Positions 29,731 through 37,759 of a stretch of 64,000 nucleotides of DNA are shown here, in pieces (position 1 is the stretch's first letter; each line of letters begins with the position of its first letter). This DNA comes from a virus (lineage: Duplodnaviria > Heunggongvirae > Uroviricota > Caudoviricetes). The notes below the pieces were generated by a model. It was not told where the DNA came from and searched no databases. It saw only the letters and a program-made list of their open reading frames with translations. The stretch is taken from IMG/VR virus record IMGVR_UViG_3300025597_000613, positions 87,495 to 151,494 of that record; one strand, given 5' to 3'. Position numbers and translations under genes: made by a program.

Positions 29731-29969
29731 CCGTACAATTTTCTAAATAGAAGTTTTTCTTCCTGTTCCTTTGTATATTCAAACACAGTCAATGTGTAAT
29801 TATTTAGATGAACGGTATATTCTTGAAGTAGATTATCAATTTCCAATCTATTACTCACCATTATTGGTATATTTTCACCTATAAAACTAAACCTGGATAA
29901 TACATAAGATTTCTGGTAACTTGTTCTACACAGAACAGATTTCCCATCAGTTGTCATTATTCCAAACAT
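29724..29969 (-). CDS. Small hypothetical protein
   Basis: 81 aa. Confidence 0.6.
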   Translation of the reverse strand: MFGIMTTDGKSVLCRTSYQKSYVLSRFSFIGENIPIMVSNRLEIDNLLQEYTVHLNNYTLTVFEYTKEQEEKLLFRKLYGY

Positions 29970-29978
29970 ATTGGGTCA

Positions 29979-30227
29979 TTAATCTTTCTTAAGCCTTAGA
30001 ATAACAATAGTTTCAAGTTCCTCATTGGTGAGCTCAACAACTTTTAGCCGTTCCTTATAAATCCTATTCAATCTCTGACATCTTATACCGGCCTTTTCTA
30101 AGGTATCAATGTACATATTGGGAGAGTCCATGAGATTACCAAAACCACCATTGTTTGTGGGTCTCCCATTGGAGCCTATCCAATTTCTAAGATACAGATC
30201 CCCATTTTTGATTGCAAATTTCTTCAT
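29979..30227 (-). CDS. Small hypothetical protein
   Basis: 82 aa, coupled. Confidence 0.6.
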   Translation of the reverse strand: MKKFAIKNGDLYLRNWIGSNGRPTNNGGFGNLMDSPNMYIDTLEKAGIRCQRLNRIYKERLKVVELTNEELETIVILRLKKD

Positions 30228-30445
30228 TTTTCCATTAGATTATATTTTAGTTTCAAAAATATCTTAGCCTCCGGAAATGGATAACAGAGTACATGAACTT
30301 TTGTCGATTCGGAGGTTCTTAATACTATCCAAAGATCCCCCACTGGCCCATCTATATTCTCTAAATCATATTTAAAGGATTCGAGATCATTGATATCTAA
30401 TATAACTTCCCAGCGACTTCTCATGTTAATCATCAATGAGATCAA
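30224..30445 (-). CDS. Small hypothetical protein, tandem paralogue of the next gene
   Basis: LCYPFPEAKIFLKLKY. Confidence 0.65.
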   Translation of the reverse strand: MISLMINMRSRWEVILDINDLESFKYDLENIDGPVGDLWIVLRTSESTKVHVLCYPFPEAKIFLKLKYNLMEK

Positions 30446-30614
30446 ATTTCAGTTTTAGAAAAGCCTTAATTTCCTCTGACGGATAACTTATAACAAGATT
30501 CCTGCCATAGGTATCTAATGCATAGACCAATACCGGACCAGTGCAAGGTGGTGATCTTAGAACTTCTAAAAGTTCATGTTGATCTGAATAGAGCACCTTC
30601 ACCCGCCAGGCCAT
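30426..30614 (-). CDS. Small hypothetical protein, tandem paralogue of the previous gene
   Basis: ISYPSEEIKAFLKLKF. Confidence 0.65.
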   Translation of the reverse strand: MAWRVKVLYSDQHELLEVLRSPPCTGPVLVYALDTYGRNLVISYPSEEIKAFLKLKFDLIDD

Positions 30615-31390
30615 TAATCTATCCCTAATGCCCTATGAACGCTTGCTGCGAAATCTGGATCAAAGTTGTCAGCTTCCTCATTCAACGAATCCATATTCTG
30701 CATAGCCCACTTCCAATAGCTATGTGGGATCTCAGTCATCAATTCGCCCTTATGTTTGCCAAACGGCATTCTTTCATAAATGATAGGCTGCTGTGCCCAG
30801 GCGTGAATTTGCGGACCGTATGGCTGATCTTTGTCAATCAAACCCATTTCTTCCATATAACCGACAAGTGTTTCAAGTAACCTTGCTGTCATATAGGAAT
30901 CATTACCGGCACGATGACATAGCATATCATCTGGTACCTCTAATTCCAATGCAAATCTTAGATAGGGAAGATTTGTTTCTTCAATTGAGGGTACATCATT
31001 AAAGATTTTCTTTGCCATACGCCAGGTGCAAATCCAATTATGATTTTCCGTATCAATACCGTGATTACCTAGCACTCTCATATCAAAGAAATGGTTGTGC
31101 GCCACAAGATAACCGTTTTTGTAACCATCGACAACAGATTGAAAAATTTCTTTCTCGTCTAGGAAATGGGGGCGATCCTCAACCATCTTGTTTGTGATGT
31201 AGGTAATCGCTGATACCTTAGGCGGAATTGGTCGCTCAATGGGTTTGTGTAGTTCTTGAAAGATTGTCCAATTATTATTTTCGCGGATTACAAATCCAGC
31301 TTCAATGATTTCGGCAATCTTATAATCGTCGGAGTTTGTCTCGGTATCCAGAATGAGACAACTCTGCAAAAATTCTTCCTTGTAATTCAT
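30614..31390 (-). CDS. DEDDh 3'-5' exonuclease (ExoX/epsilon-like)
   Basis: LDTET, AHNHFFD, HRAGND; C-terminal MPFGKHKG module. Confidence 0.9.
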   Translation of the reverse strand: MNYKEEFLQSCLILDTETNSDDYKIAEIIEAGFVIRENNNWTIFQELHKPIERPIPPKVSAITYITNKMVEDRPHFLDEKEIFQSVVDGYKNGYLVAHNHFFDMRVLGNHGIDTENHNWICTWRMAKKIFNDVPSIEETNLPYLRFALELEVPDDMLCHRAGNDSYMTARLLETLVGYMEEMGLIDKDQPYGPQIHAWAQQPIIYERMPFGKHKGELMTEIPHSYWKWAMQNMDSLNEEADNFDPDFAASVHRALGID

Positions 31391-31396
31391 AAGAAA

Positions 31397-31442
31397 ACTC
31401 TCCAGTAAATTAGACTATAACATCTACTTACTGGAGAGTCTA
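31397..31442 (-). promoter_or_regulatory. sigma70 promoter inside a 12-bp inverted repeat that covers the SD
   Basis: TAGACT-N17-TATAGT; arms ACTCTCCAGTAA/TTACTGGAGAGT, followed by TTTCTT. Confidence 0.8.
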
Positions 31443-31463
31443 GACTTTCAATTAAAATCGAGA

Positions 31464-31643
31464 TTATTTCTTTGTCTCGTTGTCGAATTGCTTCTTTGTA
31501 GCTTTAATAATTCCGCTGAATCTTTTATTTGCCTTTTCGGTATTTCCTTCCTTGTCAGCAGCCGATGCCTGCGAGCTGGCTGCCTTCTTGTATTGACCCA
31601 ATTTGGCAGTAGAAAGTTCTATCAGAAAATCTTTTGCTCTCAT
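31464..31643 (-). CDS. 59 aa basic late protein (not in the ORF track)
   Basis: MRAKDFLIELSTAKLGQYKKAAS...; ATGA overlap; shares ELSTAKL..Y..KA with the 51269 protein. Confidence 0.75.
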   Translation of the reverse strand: MRAKDFLIELSTAKLGQYKKAASSQASAADKEGNTEKANKRFSGIIKATKKQFDNETKK

Positions 31644-33325
31644 TGCTTTCCTAACTTAGCAAAACGCTTCATCCAGGCAATAACTTCTTGGTCGGCCGAT
31701 TCATCAACCTTTTCTTCCTTGAAGTGATCCTTTGGATCATCTGACCACTTGGACTTCTTACCATTCTTTAGATGGGAATCTTCGTCGAGTTCGCCACCCT
31801 CGGAATCTGATTCACCATTCTTCTTATCGTTAATGGCTTTCTTCATCGATTCCTTCTTATTGCCATCCTTATCCATATCAAGAAAATCAGGCTTTGCCTT
31901 CTTCTCAAGGACAGGTGCTACTGATTCGGTTAGCTTATCTAGTTTCTTTAGGCTGCTGAGCATTGCTGCTACATCTTTATCTACGTTTTCCATAATTGTT
32001 CCTTCCGGCATTGTTGGTGCCATTCCTGTTGGGCTTTGTGCCATTCCGTCACCTTGATCCATCATTGGCATGTCGTCTTCGGCAACTTCACCCATAACTT
32101 CCTGATAAATTCTTTTCTGTTCTTCGGGTGACATCATCTGTAATTGATATGGTGTATATTGTTGAGACGCTTTGCTCAAACCCATATCCTGCATATAAAC
32201 AATTTTTCCGATAAGTTCGGAATGGTCAGGTTCCCAATCACCCTCTGGGATTTCTTCAGCAAGATTATCCTCGCCGTGTGTTAATGGGGATTCTTCACCT
32301 GCCTGATCTGCTGGAACATATTTCTGAACAATATCTCCCAACTTTACTCCTTTTCCAGAGGCTGGCTTTTCGTGACCAGCTACCTCGAAATCCATGTCCT
32401 CTTCCTCAACTGGCATTACCATAGGAACTTCCATTTCCTCATCACCGGCACACATTTCGTCACCATGAAGTGGATTGCCGCACATTGCGCATGCATCTCC
32501 CTGTGGTGCCATTCCGTGTTGTGGTGGTACATTCATGCCGGGCATAACTACTTCGCCGCCGTGATCTGGGAAACATGCTAGGCAATCCCAGGCACCACAA
32601 CCGCATTCTGCTGCATTAGTAGGCATAGCTTCTGCAACTACACCAGTTTCAGCGGCGAGTGCTTCTTCGATAGCGCTCATCCATTTGCTAAATTCGTCTC
32701 TCTGATCCATGTTATTTGTTCCATTGATGTTTATGTTTACCTGTGGTTCTGAAACATCAACCTTGACATTTTCGGAACCCAATGACATTGGTGATAATGC
32801 ACCGTCATTGTCAGTTTGAGCGAAATTATCTTTCGCATTTTGTTCTAATACAGATCCCACATTAGATGTAGGAACTACAATTTCTTTATCATCGAAGCTA
32901 ACGATACATTCGTTGCCAGATGTGCTATATGCAATGAATACACCGTATCCAGGGCCAATAACTGTTCCATATACATCTGCAACCTTTACCATGTCGCCTG
33001 GGCGAAATTCCGGCTTATCCTTCAACGATCCAACTGTATCAGGTTGCGTGCTTACGTGGAACCAATCATTGCCTTTGGCAAGTGGCTCATCATAATCCCT
33101 TTCTGGTACAGAAAAATCTTCATGCGCAAGTTCTCTCGCAACACCCTTGATATCAATCATGGCACCATTTGATGTATATTCCATGAATCTACCAGTGCCG
33201 CCGCCGACTCTGGGACTTACCATTACAGTTGCATCTTTCTTGAACATAACTTTTCGTGGAGGTTGATCAGCTAGTTCTGCCGGAATGCTTTCTACTAGAT
33301 TGATCCATTTCCTAAGATTTGACAT
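31640..33325 (-). CDS. Acidic late protein, scaffold/head-internal-like
   Basis: 561 aa with many [ILV]xE sites and DMDKDG; late promoter at 33350. Confidence 0.65.
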   Translation of the reverse strand: MSNLRKWINLVESIPAELADQPPRKVMFKKDATVMVSPRVGGGTGRFMEYTSNGAMIDIKGVARELAHEDFSVPERDYDEPLAKGNDWFHVSTQPDTVGSLKDKPEFRPGDMVKVADVYGTVIGPGYGVFIAYSTSGNECIVSFDDKEIVVPTSNVGSVLEQNAKDNFAQTDNDGALSPMSLGSENVKVDVSEPQVNININGTNNMDQRDEFSKWMSAIEEALAAETGVVAEAMPTNAAECGCGAWDCLACFPDHGGEVVMPGMNVPPQHGMAPQGDACAMCGNPLHGDEMCAGDEEMEVPMVMPVEEEDMDFEVAGHEKPASGKGVKLGDIVQKYVPADQAGEESPLTHGEDNLAEEIPEGDWEPDHSELIGKIVYMQDMGLSKASQQYTPYQLQMMSPEEQKRIYQEVMGEVAEDDMPMMDQGDGMAQSPTGMAPTMPEGTIMENVDKDVAAMLSSLKKLDKLTESVAPVLEKKAKPDFLDMDKDGNKKESMKKAINDKKNGESDSEGGELDEDSHLKNGKKSKWSDDPKDHFKEEKVDESADQEVIAWMKRFAKLGKQ

Positions 33326-33381
33326 TAGAAATCCTTGTTCTTGATTTAGTATTTATCAAGGATCGGGTAGATCACGGTCAT

Positions 33382-33405
33382 AAAAAAAGGACCCGGAGGT
33401 CCTTT
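33382..33405 (-). terminator. Intrinsic terminator
   Basis: AAAGGACC-TCCG-GGTCCTTT-TTTT. Confidence 0.85.
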
Positions 33406-33709
33406 ATTTCCAATATCGCCTTAATGCCCAGGCATGTATTTCATTTATTCGTATTTTGGCCCAGGAGCGAGCACTGTAATCTCCAGATTTAAATCTCGAT
33501 GAAGTAGGATCCCAGATTTTCTTCTTCATCTGGGATTTTACCAGAGCAGTTTGGGTGATGGGCTCAAGCATCCATTCATACCTAAAGTTATAGATATGAT
33601 TATCCCAAATTGTTACATTAAATCCGCGGTATCTGAAGGAATTTACCTTGCGGAGTTTATGCCCTTTTCTCGGCAGCCCATACTTCCAGACTTTTAAATA
33701 TGTTTTCAT
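33404..33709 (-). CDS. Hypothetical basic protein
   Basis: 101 aa, coupled to the RNA ligase gene. Confidence 0.65.
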   Translation of the reverse strand: MKTYLKVWKYGLPRKGHKLRKVNSFRYRGFNVTIWDNHIYNFRYEWMLEPITQTALVKSQMKKKIWDPTSSRFKSGDYSARSWAKIRINEIHAWALRRYWK

Positions 33710-34731
33710 GATGCTAACTCATTGGGTGTAAAAGACCTACCTGCTCTCCAATGCTTGGTGGTCTGAACATGCCCTTTACGAACATATTTCGCAATACTGT
33801 CCTTAAATTGACCATATGTAAAACTTTCAGCCAGTCTCACAACATAGCCCTCATCTTTATCCCAGGCTAGATTTTTTTCTAAGGAACGAATAATCTTCTC
33901 ATCCCAGATACCATCATAGATGACAGGCACCGGAGTAATTCCAAGCAACTCAAAATATTGCAAGGTATCATCCCAGCTCAAACAAACATTCCGCTCATTC
34001 CAGGCCGAGAAACCAAGGAAATAAGAGGGTAGGTCAGTGTAGTGAATCGAGTGCTCGGCCCATAGATTCTCGCCACAAATCCGCCAATCTACAGGGATAT
34101 CATGTGCAATGCTGGCCCAGAACTGCTTGACCCAGGCACGATCCTCCCCGCCCCTAGAATCAATACTACGTGCATGGATGTGATCAGAATACATGGTAGT
34201 ATTCTCACCATCCATCTTCTTAGTGACGATGACTCGCTTACCCTCGAAGTTCGAAAGATCCTGCATTACGCGATCATCATCGTTGACGCCGGGACTCCAC
34301 GGTAAATGATTGGTTCTCGGATATTTAACACGAGAGGTAAACAAATCAAGAACATTTCCTTCCTTGAGAACCTTTTGTACAGATTCATCGAAGAAGAGTT
34401 CACCTTTGCCGCGGCGACCATCCTCAAGGACTGGATTACCCCATTTATCATAGATATGGTCATCATAGAGATGCGGCGGTACCCAAATCTTGGTAATGCC
34501 GGCTGCATAGCGGACATCTTCTACAGAGATAGTAGTGCGCTCACAGGCGAGATGATGTTCCTCACATACAGAGGCACCATTTTCTAGATAGTAGCCACCG
34601 TCAGGCCATAATCTACGTTCAAGGATGTGGTGTGCATCTTTTGCAGGTTTATTGCAAAAGACACATTTGTGATTGTCCCGAAGGAATACTCCTTCTCGGA
34701 ACGCATCTCGTGTTAATAATTTTGGTTCCAT
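33706..34731 (-). CDS. HNH-domain/RNA ligase fusion
   Basis: N-terminal CxxC...HHI...NG..VCEEHH; ligase motifs KMDGEN (I), CGENL (III), FLGF (IIIa), EGYVV (IV), AKYVR (V). Confidence 0.85.
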   Translation of the reverse strand: MEPKLLTRDAFREGVFLRDNHKCVFCNKPAKDAHHILERRLWPDGGYYLENGASVCEEHHLACERTTISVEDVRYAAGITKIWVPPHLYDDHIYDKWGNPVLEDGRRGKGELFFDESVQKVLKEGNVLDLFTSRVKYPRTNHLPWSPGVNDDDRVMQDLSNFEGKRVIVTKKMDGENTTMYSDHIHARSIDSRGGEDRAWVKQFWASIAHDIPVDWRICGENLWAEHSIHYTDLPSYFLGFSAWNERNVCLSWDDTLQYFELLGITPVPVIYDGIWDEKIIRSLEKNLAWDKDEGYVVRLAESFTYGQFKDSIAKYVRKGHVQTTKHWRAGRSFTPNELAS

Positions 34732-34743
34732 GATAATTCCTAC

Positions 34744-34766
34744 ACCGGTAGTGCAGGACTACCGGT
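34744..34766. other. 9-bp hairpin between the mini-gene and the RNA ligase gene
   Basis: ACCGGTAGT-N5-ACTACCGGT with no U-tract. Confidence 0.6.
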
Positions 34767-34924
34767 TACGTGTTACAAGCTCGGGCGATATCTTCTGCCT
34801 TCATCCCTGCCTTAATTGCTTCTTGTTTGCAGATTCCGACTCTCTGTGAACATTGTGCAATGAGCAGAGTACAACAGATAACAGCGATAGCAACTACCGC
34901 AAGAAAAATTCTTTCAATATCCAT
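34766..34924 (-). CDS. 52 aa membrane mini-protein (not in the ORF track)
   Basis: MDIERIFLAVVAIAVICCTLLIAQCSQRVGICKQEAIKAGMKAEDIARACNT. Confidence 0.8.
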   Translation of the reverse strand: MDIERIFLAVVAIAVICCTLLIAQCSQRVGICKQEAIKAGMKAEDIARACNT

Positions 34925-35073
34925 TATCGACACACCTTTGAAATTTCTTCAGCATTACGGCCTGCCTTCAGGGCTTCCATACGGCAGGAGTTTATTTGAT
35001 AGGTATTAAGAGAAATACCGCCAATAATTAGCAAGGCAACAAAGCCAGCCAGAATAAGTTCGCCCCTGTTCAT
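34924..35073 (-). CDS. 49 aa membrane mini-protein, paralogue of the previous gene (not in the ORF track)
   Basis: MNRGELILAGFVALLIIGGISLNTYQINSCRMEALKAGRNAEEISKVCR; ATGA and TAATG coupling. Confidence 0.8.
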   Translation of the reverse strand: MNRGELILAGFVALLIIGGISLNTYQINSCRMEALKAGRNAEEISKVCR

Positions 35074-36437
35074 TTGATCTCCTTTGAAGAGTTTGCAACA
35101 GATTTATCCAAACGACGCTCCTTAAACCGAGGCAAGAATAGACTATCCACTTTTGCCCGATCTTTGCTACTAATCCTTTCGTTGTAAAGAACCGTAACAA
35201 TTCCATTCATCCAACTGTTGATGTCTCTGGTAATTTCGGCTCGCAGATCATCCGGGAAACCGCTAATGGCGGCTTCAACAAGCCTGTCACTGGAGGCAAC
35301 AATCAGACTACCAACTTGGCCAACAAATTTGCCCTCACCGGGATTCCAACCAATAATTTCCATATCGGCGTCGAGTTCTGCCTTGAATTTAACAAGGTGC
35401 TTACTTCTGGTATCTTCCCAAATGCCACAAAAATTCTTCAGGATAGTGCCTTCTTCTCCGGCAGCAAGTAATTCCTCAAAGTGTTGCACCGCTTCTGCAA
35501 GACTATTTACAATTCGATAAGGAATCAATCGGAATTTAAGAGCACCGTATTTCAAAGAATGCAACGTCATGTATTCCTTGTTCTCAACAATACCTTGCAC
35601 CGCCTTCACCAAATGGTCAAATCTCTTGTCATAGGTTTCGGCGGAACGACGTGTATGAAATTCATTCAACGGAAATGCATCCCAGACCTGGAATCGAACC
35701 ATGGCTGCTTCCTCGGGGCTAATAGTCCCCTTGATGGCCTTATTGATAATTCCGTTACCAGTTTTTCGGTCAATGATTTGCTCTTTGGAATCAACTACAA
35801 CGAACTCACCATCGAAAAACATATCGGTGCCATATTGACTGGCAAGAAGTTTGAGATCGTGATCTAGACTACCATGAAGGTCAATCTCTCTTCCAGAACG
35901 CCCACAATGGGAAACGGCATCGCCGGCCACCATAGCATTTGCACGGACGCCGTCGGCCTTCAATTGGCTATTGGCAGGAAAGATAATATTCTTGATGTTT
36001 TTTGCATCGTAAGGACGTGCAAGCAAACAGGGATACTCTGGAATGAAATCTTTTACGACAGCATTAACCGTACCATCCGCGACGCCACAGCGTAGATCTT
36101 TACCAATAATCCGCTCAACAACAGTAGCATCATCGGGATGCACGCTAAGGAGCACATTAGTAAGATGCTCAATACCTGCGTGACCAGTGAGTTGTCGGCT
36201 TGACAACTTTTCAAGTTCATCCAATGCCCAGTCGAGGGTCTTGAATTCTTCGCCTTCGGCAAGGAATCTAAATCCATAATTAGGGATTTTCCTGATATAA
36301 AAATTGACATAAGGGTCCAGCGCCAACTTCACAACACGCATGAAGAGTGCATTAGTCTTATGTTGCTCAAGAAGAGCAAGTTTATGGCTACGCTTGGTGT
36401 CAGAACCTAGTGCATACAAAATCTTCAAAATACTCAT
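35070..36437 (-). CDS. ATP-dependent DNA ligase
   Basis: QLKADGVR, FFDGEF, FQVWD, EEGTILK, LVKFK and an OB domain. Confidence 0.93.
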   Translation of the reverse strand: MSILKILYALGSDTKRSHKLALLEQHKTNALFMRVVKLALDPYVNFYIRKIPNYGFRFLAEGEEFKTLDWALDELEKLSSRQLTGHAGIEHLTNVLLSVHPDDATVVERIIGKDLRCGVADGTVNAVVKDFIPEYPCLLARPYDAKNIKNIIFPANSQLKADGVRANAMVAGDAVSHCGRSGREIDLHGSLDHDLKLLASQYGTDMFFDGEFVVVDSKEQIIDRKTGNGIINKAIKGTISPEEAAMVRFQVWDAFPLNEFHTRRSAETYDKRFDHLVKAVQGIVENKEYMTLHSLKYGALKFRLIPYRIVNSLAEAVQHFEELLAAGEEGTILKNFCGIWEDTRSKHLVKFKAELDADMEIIGWNPGEGKFVGQVGSLIVASSDRLVEAAISGFPDDLRAEITRDINSWMNGIVTVLYNERISSKDRAKVDSLFLPRFKERRLDKSVANSSKEIK

Positions 36438-36451
36438 AATATCCCCTTTGA

Positions 36452-36486
36452 GCCATATTGTAGTATGGCCGCACTGGAAATGTCAA
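36452..36486 (-). promoter_or_regulatory. sigma70 promoter with an inverted repeat around the -10
   Basis: TTGACA-N18-TACAAT; arms GCCATA/TATGGC. Confidence 0.7.
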
Positions 36487-36671
36487 TCGGTATTTTGTAA
36501 ATCGGATTTAAGTTCTTTCTCTATAATATAGTCAGCCATTTCGGGGAGGAAGATATCATAGATCCTCAAATGGTGCTTCTTACAGTAAGATTTTCCAGTG
36601 ATAGGAGAATGCGTACAACCCTCGCCGTCTCCAATCCAAGCACAAACTAATCTAATCCTATCTTCATCCAT
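36483..36671 (-). CDS. 62 aa protein resembling the GcrA C-terminal Cys/His domain
   Basis: CAWIGDGEGC...GKSYCKKHHLRIY compared with the GcrA pattern CxWPIGD...C...G.PYCx2H...AY. Confidence 0.55.
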   Translation of the reverse strand: MDEDRIRLVCAWIGDGEGCTHSPITGKSYCKKHHLRIYDIFLPEMADYIIEKELKSDLQNTD

Positions 36672-36680
36672 AATATACGA

Positions 36681-36817
36681 TGCCCCATGATGGAACACAT
36701 CAAACCACCGACCTTCCGGTTAGAACCGGATGCTCTCTTCAATGTAACTAATTTGATATACAGCCGGCGGCGCCACCTTATGTGCAGTGACCAAACGTTT
36801 TTCTGAGCTAACGGGGC
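36681..36817 (-). ncRNA. tRNA-like RNA (Arg-UCU-derived?) with a 69-nt D-loop, 6-nt anticodon loop and 11-nt T-loop
   Basis: Acceptor GCCCCGT/ATGGGGC+A; TA linker; D-stem GCTC/GAGC; AC stem TCCGG/CCGGA with loop TTCTAA; variable loop AGGTC; T-stem GGTGG/CCATC. Confidence 0.8.
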
Positions 36818-36823
36818 GCCTTG

Positions 36824-36852
36824 ACTATAACACAATTATTCTTCGTCGTCTA
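36824..36852 (-). promoter_or_regulatory. sigma70 promoter for the tRNA-like RNA
   Basis: TAGACG-N17-TATAGT with an extended TG; predicted +1 coincides with G1 of the acceptor stem. Confidence 0.7.
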
Positions 36853-37201
36853 CCTCAGTGCTAAGGTATTCGGGATCGGCAGTCTTATCAAGATGTTCAA
36901 GAATGATTCTATCATATCCATATGTAATTGCATACTGGATAACATCTGCAAGAATAACTTCTTTCTCCATTGTGGAAATCCACAATGTACGATAAGGATC
37001 GACTTCTTCGTAACCCTCTAATACAGCAATCGATTTATCAAGATATTCCTGTACACTTGTAAAGGTTTCATTATATGTGCCAAGGGCTGCTTCAAGGATC
37101 TCTGTGTCCTGAATAACCTGGATGGTCTTGATAATTTTACCTGTTTGGTCAGCAACGGTATAGTCTGTGCCAAGGTCGTCGATTCTCGTAATTTTATACA
37201 T
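36836..37201 (-). CDS. Hypothetical acidic protein
   Basis: Likely start MYKITR after AAGGA. Confidence 0.7.
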   Translation of the reverse strand: MYKITRIDDLGTDYTVADQTGKIIKTIQVIQDTEILEAALGTYNETFTSVQEYLDKSIAVLEGYEEVDPYRTLWISTMEKEVILADVIQYAITYGYDRIILEHLDKTADPEYLSTEVDDEE

Positions 37202-37751
37202 TTTGGTTGATCCTTGCATTAATAATTGTCCAATCGATAATCTTCCAGATATTGGCAAGATATTTTTCCTTATCCGCACCATAGTCGATTATAAATGAAT
37301 GCTCCCACATATCAATAATTACTGCAACATCGTCTACGACCTTGTGATTTACGATGGTTTTGATAGTGCCTTTTGTGTCTAGATATACCCAGCCTGAACC
37401 GTGTATTTCTAGTGCAGCGTTCTTAATGGAGTCTTTGAAATTCTCAAAGCTTCCAAATTTCTTTTCGATTAGAATTTTGGAAGCATCCGAGGGTCTATTA
37501 TTGGCCTTCGATGCCTGAAATTGCTCGAAGAACAATGTGTGTAATTTTGCGCCCGCTACTTGAAATTCTCCTTCGCCGGCGTGTGCCTTCTCGACATATT
37601 TTTTGTACAGAGTGCCATAATGCAAAGAAATTGCTTCTTCGCTGAATACTGGTTTCAATTGGGATTGGGATACCGGTAACTTGATTTGGTAAACTTCTTC
37701 CTCAGCTTTCACCTTCTCTATTAAAGTACGGAAGGATAGATCTTTTGTCAT
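37194..37751 (-). CDS. Fe/Mn superoxide dismutase (divergent)
   Basis: Metal ligands in SLHYG, KLHTLFF and DMWEH; FGSFENFK and HGSGW motifs. Confidence 0.85.
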   Translation of the reverse strand: MTKDLSFRTLIEKVKAEEEVYQIKLPVSQSQLKPVFSEEAISLHYGTLYKKYVEKAHAGEGEFQVAGAKLHTLFFEQFQASKANNRPSDASKILIEKKFGSFENFKDSIKNAALEIHGSGWVYLDTKGTIKTIVNHKVVDDVAVIIDMWEHSFIIDYGADKEKYLANIWKIIDWTIINARINQNV

Positions 37752-37759
37752 ACTACTAT

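Noticed and set aside
36647-36835. 62-aa minus-strand ORF over the tRNA-like RNA
   Set aside because: It starts upstream of the predicted TSS with no SD; the cloverleaf explains the sequence better.
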